From Octopus vulgaris (taxonomy: Eukaryota), in assembly GCA_951406725.2 (NCBI GenBank), contig OX597814.1:92938001-93002000 (forward strand): a DNA stretch of 64,000 bases, given 5' to 3'. Below the pieces are notes generated by a model. It worked only from the letters and a program-made list of their open reading frames with translations. It made no database searches and had not been told where the DNA came from. Below are positions 13,436 through 26,599 of the stretch, piece after piece (position 1 is the first letter of the stretch; the number at the start of each line of letters is the position of its first letter). A program made the position numbers and the translations under genes.

Positions 13436-14638
13436 CCCCCGACCGATATTTGGAGAGAAACACCAGTATGTCGAATTTTTGAAAACTTCGTTAAAAAAAA
13501 TAAACACTTTTAATTTGAATAACTATAACTTTGCTACCTCCTTTCATCATTACTCATTTATACATAATTAACATGTTCTACGATTAAAAAGAAAAAGTTG
13601 AAAAATATTTAATAAAGCACATTTCAATTTTACTTATGCTACACTTAGATTCTAATGAGACTACGTGGTCATTCGAATTGTTAGAAAGAGCAGTCAAATC
13701 CATCATACTGAGTACACTATCTAGTGACCCCTTAAAAAAGACGTGGTGGTCAAAACAATAATTCTTTTGTTCGTTGTCCAGAAGTTAAACTACAAATAAA
13801 ATAGTTTACATTACATACAGAAATATTTAAAGAAAAAAAAAAAAGAACAAACAAAATATTTCAGGGTGAAGGAGAACATGACAGTTGCTTTTTCAAATGA
13901 GAGAAAACCGGTTACGTTCTAACGCCCATCCTTATTAGGTCAAAGCCGAAAAGATAAACAATTTTATCTTCACCGAGGAGGCGAGCAATAAAACGTGACC
14001 AGGATTTCTCACCAACAGACTGTTGGGGAGGGAAATTCAAATTTTAACTTGTCAACATTTGAGCAATTGTTTCCTCTAAACTAGCTAGTGTGTATTTATA
14101 GAGCTCGTTCCTTTACTAATTAATACCAGATACTGAAAAGTAAATTCCTTATTACTAGTCTAAATACAGAGAGACAGGAAAGGTGGGAGAGAAGGTATAT
14201 ATAGAATAAACAATAGTGTGTGTGTGTATGTAGGTTTATGTACTAGTCTACACATTGTTGTCTACACCTCACACATGATATACAAAACGGTTACAGCCGT
14301 TTTGTTTATTTGTTGAGTTTTTTGTTTTTTTTAACTGAAATAGTACAAAAACATGAAGATAAAAATAGTTCAAACAGTCTTTTAGAAACAGGTTTTAAAA
14401 TATCAGACAGAGTAGAAAAATTAAGGGATAAAATAGATTTTAAATTTTCAACCACGAAAAGGCGAACTTTCGGAACGGAATCGTTGTCCCACATAATGTC
14501 GGAAGTTTTTTTTTCTCTGGATTTTCCCACATTTCAGAACATTGAAACTGGAAAAGGGATAGGGACTTTAAAAAAAAAAAAAAACGTTTAGTTTAAATTC
14601 ATGTTTTTCAAACATTTTGTCCTCGCCGTCGCACCCAC

Positions 14639-14682
14639 CTCATCGTGCCTTCCGAACAGCAGGCACTTGCTATTCCGAAAGT
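14639..14682 (-). CDS. Candidate 44-nt anillin linker exon (DFRNSKCLLFGRHDE)
   Basis: TTTTTTTGTCTTCTCGGCAG acceptor, GAG|GTGGGT donor, phase 1 to 0, no stops. Would join the 16899-16338 exon in frame to exon 2. Confidence 0.35.
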
Positions 14683-15349
14683 CTGCCGAGAAGACAAAAA
14701 AATGGAGTGACAGTTCACATTCATTCGATCTCGACATAGTATTCTACACCAAAGGAATGGGATAAAAAAAAAAAAAATCAACTGACTAGATTTCAAGTCA
14801 TAAAACACAACGAGGCCTGAGTTTTGAAGAAGCTGTCCCTTGAAGACCCTTATCTCACGGGAAAGCACAAGAAGGGAAGAAGTAAAATTAGAAGGGAAAA
14901 TAAAAAAATAATTTTTTTTTTAGAAAAATTATTTTCTGAATCGTAATTTCCGTTGTGTGAAAGCACACACACACAAGAAAAAAGGAGAATAAAACTACTT
15001 TTTCCCTTCTGTGAGGTATAGGACCGCCCTGACCCCAAATGCTTCCAACAGAAAGGATTCCACTAAAAGGGATCAAAGGGTCAGGTGTGGTTTTAAACTT
15101 GAGTGACAGCTGTTGTCATCCGCAACTATAAAAGATATAAGGAATAGAGGCAGCATTCAATAACTTGTTCGTGGTCGTAGCAGAACGTAACTTTTTATAA
15201 ATAAAATCTACAGTACCCTGATTGATATTATTATGTCTGAGTTAAAAAAAAAATAAAGCCCAACGTAATCCAGATCAAGTGTTCAGAAAAGAAAGCATTA
15301 AGTGTTCCAGATGATATTCTGCAGAGTTACTTTTATATCATGTTGCACA

Positions 15350-15487
15350 CCGAACTTAAGATGAGAGCAGCACAGAAAGCAAGAGTCCCAATGGGTCTTG
15401 ACTCTCCTATAACATGCCCCTACTGTAACCGTAGATTTTGTGCTAATATTGACCTAATACGCCACCTGAGGATCCACAAAAAATAGC
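15350..15487 (+). mobile_element. RTE-clade LINE 3' remnant
   Basis: Translates ITCPYCNRRFCANIDLIRHLRIHKK*, like the terminal zinc finger of RTE/BovB ORFs. Isolated, with no ZF array. Confidence 0.55.
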
Positions 15488-16337
15488 TTAGAAAGACGAA
15501 TTTTTTTTTTCTGAATAATATAATTTTGAAGAATTCATCAAGATATTCCTAATCAGCACGAGCATATCTCTGCAAATTTTCATTTAAAATATGCAGTTTT
15601 TAAAAAAAGAGTTATGGGTAAAATAATGTCGGAGAAGAGCACTGAACTGTAATTATACCTTAACTGAATTCGTAGCAAATGCTTCGTTATGCATTACATG
15701 TATATAAAAATGCGCCCTTCACCCCACCCCTAAGTGGTCGTTCAAACAGTTAGAAATAACAGCTAATTTTTTTTTTAACATTCGGGATTATGAGTCTTCA
15801 AAAATATGCGTAACTTTTTAAATAGTAGATATGAAAAGTTCTGAAAAAAAAGTCGAAACTGAAAGATTATGGAAAAAGGAGGCAGATAGTCTAAACCAAC
15901 TACAGAGTCGAATTATATTTGGCAAAATCGTAATCTACAATGCTTAAACATACATAACCAAAGGACTTGCGATTTTTGGCGCACTATAATTCCCGACTCA
16001 ACTGAAACATAGGACAGAGCAGTCACGGTTGGGACCCCGCTGGTAGGTCTGCTCAACCAGGGCATGCATTCCTGGGGGGTAACAAGTACTGACATATCAA
16101 TTGTCAAAATTTGGCAATCTTTCGTTTGTAGTAGATTGCCGTAAATTTTATAACAACCTTTCGTTGTTGTCCATGCCAACACGAATTTTGCTTTTTCTAT
16201 TCATTATATACGATAAATGAGTGACACATTAAGTCATACTAGCTTTTATAAAAATAACACAAGGGCTATAGATTAACAAATGTCGATAAGAGTTAAGACT
16301 TCCATAATGGTTCACTTCAATCTAAATAAAAACATAC

Positions 16338-16899
16338 CAACCCAAACGTAAGAATGATTTTCTTTATTAGAAGCTGCTATCCGTTCAAAGTTTTTTCGTA
16401 GCCGAAAGACCGAGTGGCATTTATTCTTTTCGTTGTTATCAGAAATGTTGAATTCAAATTCGCAATCGGAGCCGACATGGCCAGCGATAGATGTCAGACA
16501 AGAATCCTTACAGTTGCTGAGCGTGTAAAAAACGGAAGAGCCATCAGTTAACTGTAAGGATGGCGGATAATTAGTGGTTATTGATAGAGGTTTGATAGTG
16601 AAATTTGGTCTATGGAGTGACGGATGTTGAGGACAATCAGAAAGACGTTTAGCCTTTGGTGAACAGTTCTTACGTTGTGTTGGGATGCAAACAAAGCTGG
16701 AACAAGATGTATCAACCTCTGTGATATCTGACTGAGTAGAGAGTGACCAGGAAAGGCTGTCAAAAGGTACTCGAGCACCGACTCGTATCGGTGAAGAAGC
16801 AACAGGAGTGAAAGAGCGCATGCAAGTCTTTCGTTCTGAGTTGTAATCATAATCATTGTCATCATAGAAGCTGTCATTTAACATCTTTAACAAATTCAT
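16338..16899 (-). CDS. Candidate alternative anillin N-terminal coding exon (intron-1 ORF)
   Basis: 195-codon non-repeat ORF on the anillin strand. Pyrimidine tract plus TTCTAG acceptor 2 nt before the ATG; GTATGT donor after 16338 (phase 1). Contains a KEN motif and SP/TP sites. Confidence 0.45.
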
Positions 16900-17632
16900 A
16901 GCTAGAAATGTTTAAGGTTTTAGGAAGAGAAAAAGAGCTAGTGCAAAATGTTCAGCGCTCAATTCGAGAATAAGAATGTAATAATAATATCGTCGTCGAT
17001 TCAAATTATGAAATCAGGCAACGTTGAATAGACAAAAAAGAAACATGGATAAAAAAATATTTACTAATGTTTAGAAATGATAAATATAGAAAAAATAATA
17101 TAGTTAGAAAAAAAAATACAATTAGTTGCAGAAACAAAATTTTATGAAACAATTTACTAAATTCAATTAGATGAGTAAATAAAAAAAAATTACAAAGAAA
17201 AAATGTCTATGCTTAACCAAATGATAGGAACAAAGTATGACAATATTTAAAGCTGAATATTAATAAATAAATAGACTAAAACTAGTAAATTATTAGTAAA
17301 CTTGCATGAACATCAACTTCCAACTTTCCGAAAAAATGTTTCCAAAAAAGAAGGAAATATGTCAAGCAAAAACGTAAGCAAACATTTAAAAACTGTTAAA
17401 TTTTAAAATTTAAGAAAGTATATAAAATAAGGAAAAGGTACTTATAAAAGTGGGATAGTTAAAAGTAGTGAAATAAAATAAAATATGTACAATATATACA
17501 TATAATATTGACAGCCAGAGAAAGCATGAACGAGTGAGTGAGATGCATTAACACAGAAACAATGACTTAATGGCCCATCATAATTTATATTCACGGCAAT
17601 ATCTTTTTTGCATATTATATTTTCCAACTTAC

Positions 17633-17650
17633 CCGTGTTTCTTCATCCAT
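17633..17650 (-). CDS. ANLN: Anillin coding exon 1 (MDEETR)
   Basis: ATG at 17650-17648 in ACACC-ATG-G context, followed by a GTAAGT donor. Joined in phase 0 to exon 2 it gives MDEETR|KIIERTKERRERL, matching the anillin N-terminus (human MDPFTE-KLLERTRARRENL). Confidence 0.85.
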
Positions 17651-17806
17651 GGTGTAATATATCGAGACTGAACTCGAATACCTTTAGCCGATTTGTGTTG
17701 AATAATAAATAACAATCACAAGAAGTATATTTGAATATAATTAATTAAGTTCGAGATAAACAATTAACTTGCAAGACACTAGTGAAATATACTTGTAATT
17801 ATCTAA

Positions 17807-17822
17807 TTCAAACTTAGCGCCG
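17807..17822 (-). promoter_or_regulatory. CDE/CHR cell-cycle element (CGGCGC-N4-TTTGAA)
   Basis: Minus strand reads CGGCGC-TAAG-TTTGAA about 160 bp upstream of the anillin ATG, the canonical 4-nt CDE-CHR spacing. Further TTTGAA at about 17978 and 18064. Confidence 0.6.
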
Positions 17823-18479
17823 GTTGATAGTGTGGCCGACGGAAAATGTGATTCGGTAGTTTCCGGAGTTAACCGAAATTTTCGCTAACCTATTTAATAC
17901 GAACAAAGAGCGATTAAATAAACTTGAGTGATTAAAAATACATTTTTTTAAAAAAGTAACTTGCTTAAAAATTCCTGTTTGAATTTTTAAATAGAATCTA
18001 TTGAAAGTGGATATTCCCGAAATAAAAAGTCGCTAATTCACGGCGATGTCCGCCAGTTAGCTATTTGAAAACACTTTGTTGGCGGTTGTTATTTTGTCAC
18101 GTGTAAGGAAGTTGTCTGATACTAGCCTACGACCCATGATTAAAAACAATCCAACCGTGAACACTCGCCTTTTTCTTATGTGTAGAGAACTCAGGACCAA
18201 AGTATCTATATCTCCTTTTGTAAGAGGATGAGGTCTTATTTGAGGGAGATTTGGGTTCTATTCCTAGCGGTAGCAACCCTTTCGCTTGCGAATGAAGTCG
18301 TAATAGAGGAGTATGTTTGTGTTTTTCTCCTTTTGAGTAATTGAACAGCTGATATTAATGCCGAATTTAAATAGTTAGATTTAAGTCACATATACGCATA
18401 TATATTTGACTTAAATTTTAATCTTAGCAAATTTGGACTTAGTAAAAATTTATTGAATCACAGTTTAATTGCAAGGAAA

Positions 18480-19760
18480 CAAAGAAAAAGATAAAGAAAT
18501 AGGTGTGATGGTGTAGGTGGCAGAAAGTGGAGGGGGAATGGGTAACGCATCCCAGAATTACTGGTGTGCTCAGCCGCCCCCTGCGGTGATGACCGCGATG
18601 ACGTTGCTGCGGAGAATGGCCAACGACACTTGCTGCAGCAGCCAATCCACCTCGCGGGGCTCATCTCTCAGTCGGGCCACTGTCATCCTGATTTTGCGGA
18701 GGAAATGGGTAGTGCAGGGTCTGAGTACACATGAAGTCTCAATGGCGACTGGCACAGACTGATAGCGGCCTGTCAGACTTCTATACTTATTTATTTCCAT
18801 CTCTTCTGCGTTACGGCGGCAATATCCGAGGGCACTACTTAGTCGTGACTAGTCGATCCTTACTTTATGTTTTTGTATTTCATTTACTTTGTTTTTAAAA
18901 AATTATTTACTTTGTGTAAAAATATTATTTATTTTGTGTTTTATTTACTTTGCTAGGTAGTCGTAGGCTCGACTAGTCACGACTAGGTAATGCGAGTGCG
19001 CACACCGGGACCACTCTTCTTAAGTAATACCTATCCGAGCTTGCAGCCAATGCAGCAAGGTTGGAGCCGGAGAATTTGTTGCTGCACGTCGCGTCCCAGA
19101 CTGGCAAGTTGCCTCCCTCGAATGGGAATTTCTTCAGGATGCTTACCGTCCACGCGGTCAAGACCCACTGGTTCCAGCTGAGACGGGAAGCCGGTTTATT
19201 ATGTCATTCAGAGTGGCGTGTCGGGGGAATCGGCCGGCGCTATGGATGCAGGTCGAATTCATCGACTACCACACCTCAACGGCATTTGTGTGGCTCACAC
19301 ACGCGGAGACTGAGGTGTTGGGCCACTCCGATACAAGTGTACCCATCATCTAGAAAAGTACCGGTGGATGAATAGGGCATCGAATTGAGCTATGCGCTGT
19401 TGTTTGGCTGCGAAGTGGAATGGAAGTAAGCAAGGTGGTGCTGGTCAAATGATGTCTCATCCACCCGAAGGCAGACTTGCCTCTCATGTCATCCCAGTTA
19501 CATTGGACAACTGTTTTCTGGGGGGTAGAGAAAGGCCTTCAGCGGCCCCATCGCCTCGGGCCAACTCCAGTTCTTGGGTCACATCGGGTTCGACATCTGT
19601 GGACTATCTCGCAGTTGAGGCTGATGCTGAAGGAGACAGAGAAAATAGGTCGGTAGATCCAGGTTCAATGCAGACCAAAGCCGCTGAATCTAACACGTCA
19701 CAAAGGTCGGAGGTGGGGGGCACATTTGTGTAGGTATGCCCATAATCTTACATTGGGGTT
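18480..19760 (-). mobile_element. Degenerate CRE-like (RLE-type) non-LTR retrotransposon 3' portion
   Basis: Frameshifted motifs: LNSMP..GTFLD, VCEPHKCR, GRFPRHATLNDII, EPVGLDRVDGKHP (DGKRPDG), VWDATC, AEE...KY...VPVAIET, WLLQQVSLAILRSN. Confidence 0.75.
18831..19031. mobile_element. MITE with 8-bp TSD (Merlin-like) inserted in the CRE-like LINE
   Basis: TATCCGAG duplicated at 18823-18830 and 19032-19039; termini GGCACTACTTA...TAAGTAATACC; internal inverted TAGTCGTGACTAGTCGA. Confidence 0.65.
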
Positions 19761-19907
19761 TGTAAGGATATACAATTATTTAGAAAACAACCAATTCAGG
19801 AAGCCATACACAAGTTTTGTTAACGTTAACATATTTAATGTTGGAAGCAATAGAAAGCTGACTAGAAATAATTATTCGGCGAATAAAAATAAATCTTGTT
19901 AACGTAT

Positions 19908-20295
19908 GGATGGAAGCACTCCGTCGGTTACGACGACGAGGGTTCCGGTTGATCCGATCAACGGAACAGCCTGCTCGTGAAATTAACATGCAAGTGGCTG
20001 AGCACTCCACAGACACGTGTACCCTTAACGTAGTTCTTGGGGATATTCAGCGTGACACAGAGAGTGACAAGGCCGGCCCTTTGAAATACAGGTACAACAG
20101 AAACAGGAAGTAAGAGTGAGAGAAAGTTGTGGTGAAAGAGTACAGCAGGGATCACCACCATCCCTGCCGGAGCCTCGTGGAACTTTTTAGGTGTTTTCGC
20201 TCCATAAACACTCACAACGCTCGGTCTGGGAATCGAAACCGCGATCCTACGACCGCGAGTCCGCTGCCCTAACCACTAGGCCATTGCGCCTCCAC
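19908..20295 (-). mobile_element. SINE family C, full length
   Basis: 11-bp TSD TGTTAACGTAT (19897-19907, 20296-20306); near-identical to 34778-35140. Confidence 0.88.
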
Positions 20296-20394
20296 TGTTA
20301 ACGTATAACACCCAGTTCTCATAGAGATCAGACATTTTTCGACTGCATTTTTCTGGTGAATGAAGGTAATATCTAGACGATGATCTTCATTTGT

Positions 20395-20820
20395 CTTTTA
20401 TTTGTTTCAGTTTGTGGATTGCGGTCATGCTGGGGCACCGACTTGAAGTGTTTTGTCGAACAAATCGACCTACCATTTTTTTAAAAGTCTGATTCTAATT
20501 TTGTCAGTCTCATTTGACGAAGCGCCAATTTACGGGGGCGTAAACAAACCGACAGCGGTCATCAAACAGTGATGAGGGACAGACAACACACGCAAAGACA
20601 TACATGCGCGTGCGTGCATACCACACGCAAACACACACACTCGCGGAAATAAACGATGTGCTTCTTCACAGTTTCCACCTAGTAAATTTACTCACAAGGG
20701 ATTGGTCGACCCGGTCTTATGGTAGAAGACTCTTGCCCAAGGTGTCACGAAACGGGATTGAACCTGCAACCATATGGTTGCAAAGCGAGCTTCTTGACTA
20801 TATAGCCACATCTGCGCCTA
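20395..20820 (-). mobile_element. SINE family A (diverged)
   Basis: Family A motifs in reverse complement. Confidence 0.7.
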
Positions 20821-22035
20821 TAAATATAATGAAGAAAGAAAGAAAAAACAAAAAGAAATGGGAAAAGTAGTCTCTTATTGTACGGCTGAGAAAAGGAGGT
20901 GCATATTTTAGGTCTGGCTTAGGGCATGAATACCCTGATGCCGGCTCTGCAAACAAAACGAAATGGTTATGTGCAGAATGTCAATTATTATTGATCCGCT
21001 TGAGTAGAGTTTACCTCGGATTAAACAAGAACTTTGTAGAAGAAAGAAATGGAGTGATTCAGTGGCAATATTGCTGCTTCGCAAGGCGGCAAACTGGCAC
21101 GCCGGACAAAATGCTTAGCACTGTTTCGTTCATTTTTACGTTATGAGTTCAAATTCTGCTGATGTCGACAAGATAAGAACCAGTCAATGTAATCGACTGT
21201 TCCCTTCCCCCGAAATTGCTGGCCTTGTGCCAAAAATTTGAAACCAGGACTGATGTTTCGTAGCTCCTCTGTGAAAGGTGAGAACATAGAAGGTTAACCT
21301 CAACATCTCGGATCCTGCGAAAGGTACCTAAGGTCGACAGGTTAAGTCTTGTGTTTAGATAAGAAGCTAACATAACAGTTATGACGACCATATGATCTTT
21401 GGAAAAGAATGACTATTTCCTCTAACAAAAACAGTAGTTCTCAACTAGTTTTATATATGGGCCCCTTTCATTCCTATTTTATCCGAGTAGACCCTTATAA
21501 CCAGTCAATGTTTAAAAATTCTACTATACTTTTTATAATTGAATATTATTAGGAATTGTATAGAAAAAATGTTGAAATATTTTGCGTGTTGTAGAAGTAT
21601 AACCGATTTTATTGCACATAAATTTTAACAACAAAATCTTATGTGGACCTCAGTTGAGTACCACCAGTTTAAAATATGTCGTTTTGTTTAATTAAAAGTA
21701 ACCTTCGCATTTTCATGAATAATAAACGCTTTACGCAGTTTGCTCCCTTGAATCAGTACATTCACAATACATTTCAACATTTATTTTCACTAATTGCCTT
21801 TAACAATAATATCAATAAATGAATTATGTTGCGAGCTGATTTATCTGCTCTTTCATTATAGAAATTATATTTCACGTCCACATGTTCTTGTGAGTGTTGT
21901 CGCCCATACACAGCAGATATTTTGGGTATTGTTTCTATCCCAGAAATAACTATTAGAAATCGCTCTAGTCAAATTGCTAACCATTTTGATTTTAATTCTG
22001 GTAGAGTAGGTTCATTTCAGTGATACTGCAAATAC

Positions 22036-22269
22036 CTATTTCTTTACTACCCACAAGGGGCTAAACACAGAGGGGACAAACAAGGACAGACAAACGGATT
22101 AAGTCGATTATATCGACTCCAGTGTGTAACTGGTACTTATTTAATCGACCCCGAAAGGATGAAAGGCAAAGTCGACCTCGGCGGAATTTGAACTCAGAAC
22201 GCAACGGTAAACGAAATACGGCTACGCGTTTCGCCCGGTGTGTTAACGTTTCTGCCAGCTCGCCGCCTT
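22036..22269 (-). mobile_element. Meta-domain SINE family B monomer
   Basis: Full head-to-tail copy flanked by an AAATAC duplication (22030-22035, 22270-22275). Confidence 0.88.
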
Positions 22270-22872
22270 AAATACTGATGCTGAAAATACCATCTAAGGA
22301 AAGGCATCAAAGTGACAACATCCCTTATCCCTATTTCCTATTACCTTTTTGTGATTGGTGCAGTGAAAAGTATCCGAGAATTCTTTTGAAATTAGCGATC
22401 TAAGGAAACTTCATTTCACATTCGTCTATAACAGGTAACTGTATACCAGGTACAATACTTACTATTTTAACCATATTTTCTAAAAAAATAAAAAATCCTT
22501 TTCCAGATTAAGATATGAAGAGAACACTGTGTTATCAGTGAGCCGAAACTTGACTGATGCACCAAGGTCCAATATAATTTCAGTACATAAATCCTTATCT
22601 TCTTTCGAAAATATTTGATGGGATTTATTGAGAATTTCGGACTTTGCACAACCCATCTCTCTACAGGCCTGGTTATAGTTTATTTCTTCCAGAAGGAAGA
22701 GAAAGAAAGAAAGAAAGAGTTAGAGAAAGAATCGATCCCAGTATACGAGTGGCCCTTTATCGATTCCGACAGGATAAAAGGCAAAGCTTACCTCGGCGGG
22801 ATTTGAACCTAGAACACAAAACGATTAGTTCAAAGCGCACTATGCTGATTGGCCACCTACACGATTAAAATA

Positions 22873-22911
<39 letters not shown>

Positions 22912-23289
22912 CAAAATATGTAAAGCGGAGCATTTATGGAAAGCCATTCCTTGAGACTAAAAAAACCAGTAGGCAACCTTGTCTAGTTTTCCTCATTTTT
23001 ACAACAGAGAGTTCCCATTTCTGATCTCCAGCATCTCAAGCCATCATTCATGTATTGAAAAGAAATAGAAGAACATCACGACGGGCAACAAAATTGTCTG
23101 AGAGTATGCCATAAAAGTTTCCTCTTTACAACATCAAAAGCCTTTAACAGATCCACAAATGCAATGAAAGTGTTGCTCCATGCTCTTCTTCTGAAGATGC
23201 TTTGCGTTGAATTATGCGGAACGTGTTTCGGTCCCTGCAAAAGGCACGATGTGACGCTGGTGTGATGTTTTATAATAATCTTTTCTATT

Positions 23290-24038
23290 CTAGGTACAAG
23301 GCCCGAAATTTTGGAGGAGAGGGCCAGTCGATTAGATCGATCCCAGTACGCAACTGGTACTTAACTTATCGACCCCAAAAGGATGAAAGGCAAAGTCGGA
23401 ATTTGAACTCAGAACGTAAAGGCAGCATTTCGTCCAGCGTGTTAACTTTTCTTATTTCTTTATTGCCCACAAGGGGCTAAACATAGAGGAGACAAACAAG
23501 GACAGATAAAGGGGTTAAGTCGATTACATCGATCCCAGTGCGTAACGGGTACTTGATTTATCGACATCGAAAGGATGAAAGGCAAAGTCGACCTCGGTGG
23601 AATTTGAACTCAGAACGTAACGGCAGACGAAATACCTATTTCTTTACTACCCACAAGGGGCTGAACACAGAGAGGACAAACAAGGACAGACAAACGGATT
23701 AAGTCGATTACATCGACCCTAGTGCGTAATTGGTACTTATTTAATCGACCTCGAAAGTCGACCTCGGCGGAATTTGAACTCAGAACGTAGCTGCAGACGG
23801 AATACCTATTTCTTTACTACCCACAAGTGGCTAAACACAGAGGGGACAAACAAGGACAGACAAACGGAATAAGTCGATTACATCGACCCCAGTGCGTAAC
23901 TGGTACTTAATTTATCGACCCCGAAAGGATGAAAGGCAAAGTCGACCTCGGCGGAATTTGAACTCAGAACGTAACGGCAGACGAAATACGGCTACGCATT
24001 TCGCCCGACGTGCTAACGAATCTGCCAGCTCGCCGTCT
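23290..24038 (-). mobile_element. Meta-domain SINE family B multimer (one head, three young bodies, one old-tail body)
   Basis: Body junctions at 23635/6 and 23805/6; the distal unit has the old tail (AAATTTCGGGCCTTGTACC). Confidence 0.85.
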
Positions 24039-24989
24039 GATGTTTTATATTGTACTATTGCCTAGGTCAATCTTATAAGCATGATTTTGGTTGGAATTTT
24101 CTTGGCAATAGATAACAGTGCTATGTAGCCCTACTGTTCAAGCACGTAAATTTATCCCCCTTCTTTTTGTATATAAGAGCTCCGAGAAAATGCTTGATGG
24201 CAATTCTTCCGCCTCTTTTTGTTCTGAGTTCAAATCCCACTGAGGTCAACTTTAGCTTTCACCCCCCCCACCATCCGAGGTCGATCAAAATAAAGCACCA
24301 GTCAAGTACTAAAGCCGATCTAATCGATTACCCCTCCCCTCAAAATTGTTGCCCTTCTGCCTAAATTAGAAACAATTGAAAGCGTTGGAAAAATTGTTTT
24401 GTGATATTTCTTTCGGTTCTTTACATTCTGAGTTCACATCTCACCGAAATCAATTCTTACTTGTTTCCCTCCGAGGTCGACAGAGTAAAGTACTTGTCAC
24501 ATACTAATGTCGATACATCAAACAACTCATAATCTTTAAAAATCCTTAAACTGTTGAATTAGTTTCCCTTGGGGCGCTTGTTATCTATTCTGTTTATTTG
24601 CACTTTTTGAAATTTTGGTGTTTTGATGAAATTTTTTCACACTTGCTCCCCCCACCCCAAGTTACATAAGTTTAAAGTTTGATCCTTTTTATCCAGCCAG
24701 AAAACCGGATTCGGAAGCTGTCATTTTGTGCGTGACCTCGCGTGTTCTTAACATTGCAACGATAGCATGTGTTTTAATAACAAAGTGTAAAACAAATGAA
24801 ACATTGGCGGAATTCTGCTTAACGCACGCCATATAATCCCTCATAACTTCTTTATTTTTTGGAATTTTCAGAAAATGTCTGCGACTTTCGGTTGGCTAAA
24901 ATTATCCTAAATTTGTAAACTTAAAAGCTATTAACTCTGTAGTTATTAATTAGTGGTGAAAATGAATTTCATATCAATAATTATCATAT

Positions 24990-25200
24990 AAAACTACATT
25001 TGTACACCAAATATGAATCAAGTGGAACAAAATTGAAGAAATTGAAAAGTGACAACCAGACAGAAAAGACCTGGGCGTTTTCCAAAAAACAAGTCTGTCA
25101 TGTAGCATCTGTTTAGGGATTCTCCTAGCATTCATTCGAATAAGGAGTCCTTGTATGTTGGTCGTCGTATTGAAATGAAGTCGTTTGTTTATTTTCACTA
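24990..25200 (-). mobile_element. RTE LINE remnant
   Basis: GLLIRMNARRIPKQMLHDRL resembles the RTE motif GHV.RM...RIPKQLLYG.L. Confidence 0.5.
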
Positions 25201-25983
25201 TTGTTATCCTTGCAGTTTCTAGCTTCTGTGTCGCAAAGACGCAGACTCGTGGCTCAAGATTTCTAGCCTGCGCGTAAACGCCGTCCACCGCAATTGCAGG
25301 CCACTCGCGTAATAAAAAAAAATTCCAATTGTATGATGATACGAACCATAGAGTTTATCTTTGAAGAGACCGTGAGAAAGTGTTTGTGAAAGTGTTTGTG
25401 AAAGTGTTTGTGAAAACGTGTCAGCGTGAGTTTACAAGTAAAATCGTGAAACTCACGACTTTATCGTGATACTTGGCAAGGTAGCATACATATATACATA
25501 CATTCTTTCCTTCCCTGAGCGTCTGCTATTACTTTACATGTACCACGTCTTCGCGTTGTTATTTTTTGTGTGTTTGTTCTTCTTTTTGGATTTACTACAT
25601 ACATACATACATACATACATACATACATACATACATACATACATACATACATACATACATACATACATACATTCGCCTTCACAATTTCGACAGATTAAAG
25701 ACAATTTTTTTTTTTCAAGTATGAATGAATTTACCCACGCAAATACGATTGCAAACACATGGCATTGTTGAAAATAGATATGAAAATGGACTTCGTGACA
25801 GTTAACATGTGCGGAGACAATGATTTCAACATTAAGAATCAAAGGCCTCCCTTTTAGTGACCTCGCTCTATAAATACATGTAAATTTTATCTCCATAGAT
25901 ATGTATTTATTCATACATATGTGTAATTATAAAATAAATAAATACGCGTATAACGACTAGTGCGCACGGCGCATAGTGTGTAC

Positions 25984-26025
<42 letters not shown>

Positions 26026-26217
26026 CTACACTCATCTGTAACATAGTATACAATATATATTACATTAGATTTTATTTCATGATCATCATCATCATCGTCG
26101 TCGGTTTACATTTTATTGTAAAAAAAAAAAAATAACATAATTTACAAGCATGTAAAACCTGGTAGGTTTACAACGCTTTTGCTAGTTGGTTTAGTTTAAG
26201 GTGCATACGTACGGGGA

Positions 26218-26451
26218 AAGGCGGCGAGCTGGCAGAAACGTTGGCACGCTGGGCGAAATGCTTAGCAGTATTTCGGCTGCCCTTACGTTGTGAGTTCAAA
26301 TTCCGCCGAGGTCGACTTTGCCTTTCATCCTTTTGAGGTCGATAAATTAAGTACCAGTTACGCACTTGGGTCGATGTAATCGACTTAATTCCTTTGTCTG
26401 TCCTTGTTTGTCCCCTCTGTATTTAGCCCCTTTTGGGTAGTAAAGAAATAG
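26218..26451 (+). mobile_element. Meta-domain SINE family B monomer
   Basis: 17-bp TSD GTGCATACGTACRGGGA (26201-26217, 26452-26468). Confidence 0.88.
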
Positions 26452-26599
26452 GTGCATACGTACAGGGAGGGTGTTCTGGCGAAATTTGACGATTTTTTAA
26501 ATGTCTCCTTTACTTTTTACAGGGACAGCTTGATGTATTTGTGAAAAGCCAACAGAGCTGGAGAGCATAAAGATTAAAGTTGTAGTTAAAGAAAAACTT

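Noticed and set aside
14306-14591. Overlapping 74-93 aa ORFs in anillin intron 1
   Set aside because: A-rich low-complexity sequence with no convincing splice sites or homology.
15400-15487. C2H2 zinc finger suggesting a ZNF gene
   Set aside because: Single terminal finger without TGEKP linkers; fits an RTE LINE C-terminus.
23450-24038. Regularly spaced repeats resembling a CRISPR array
   Set aside because: Units are ~170-185 bp SINE bodies with no unique spacers, in eukaryotic DNA.
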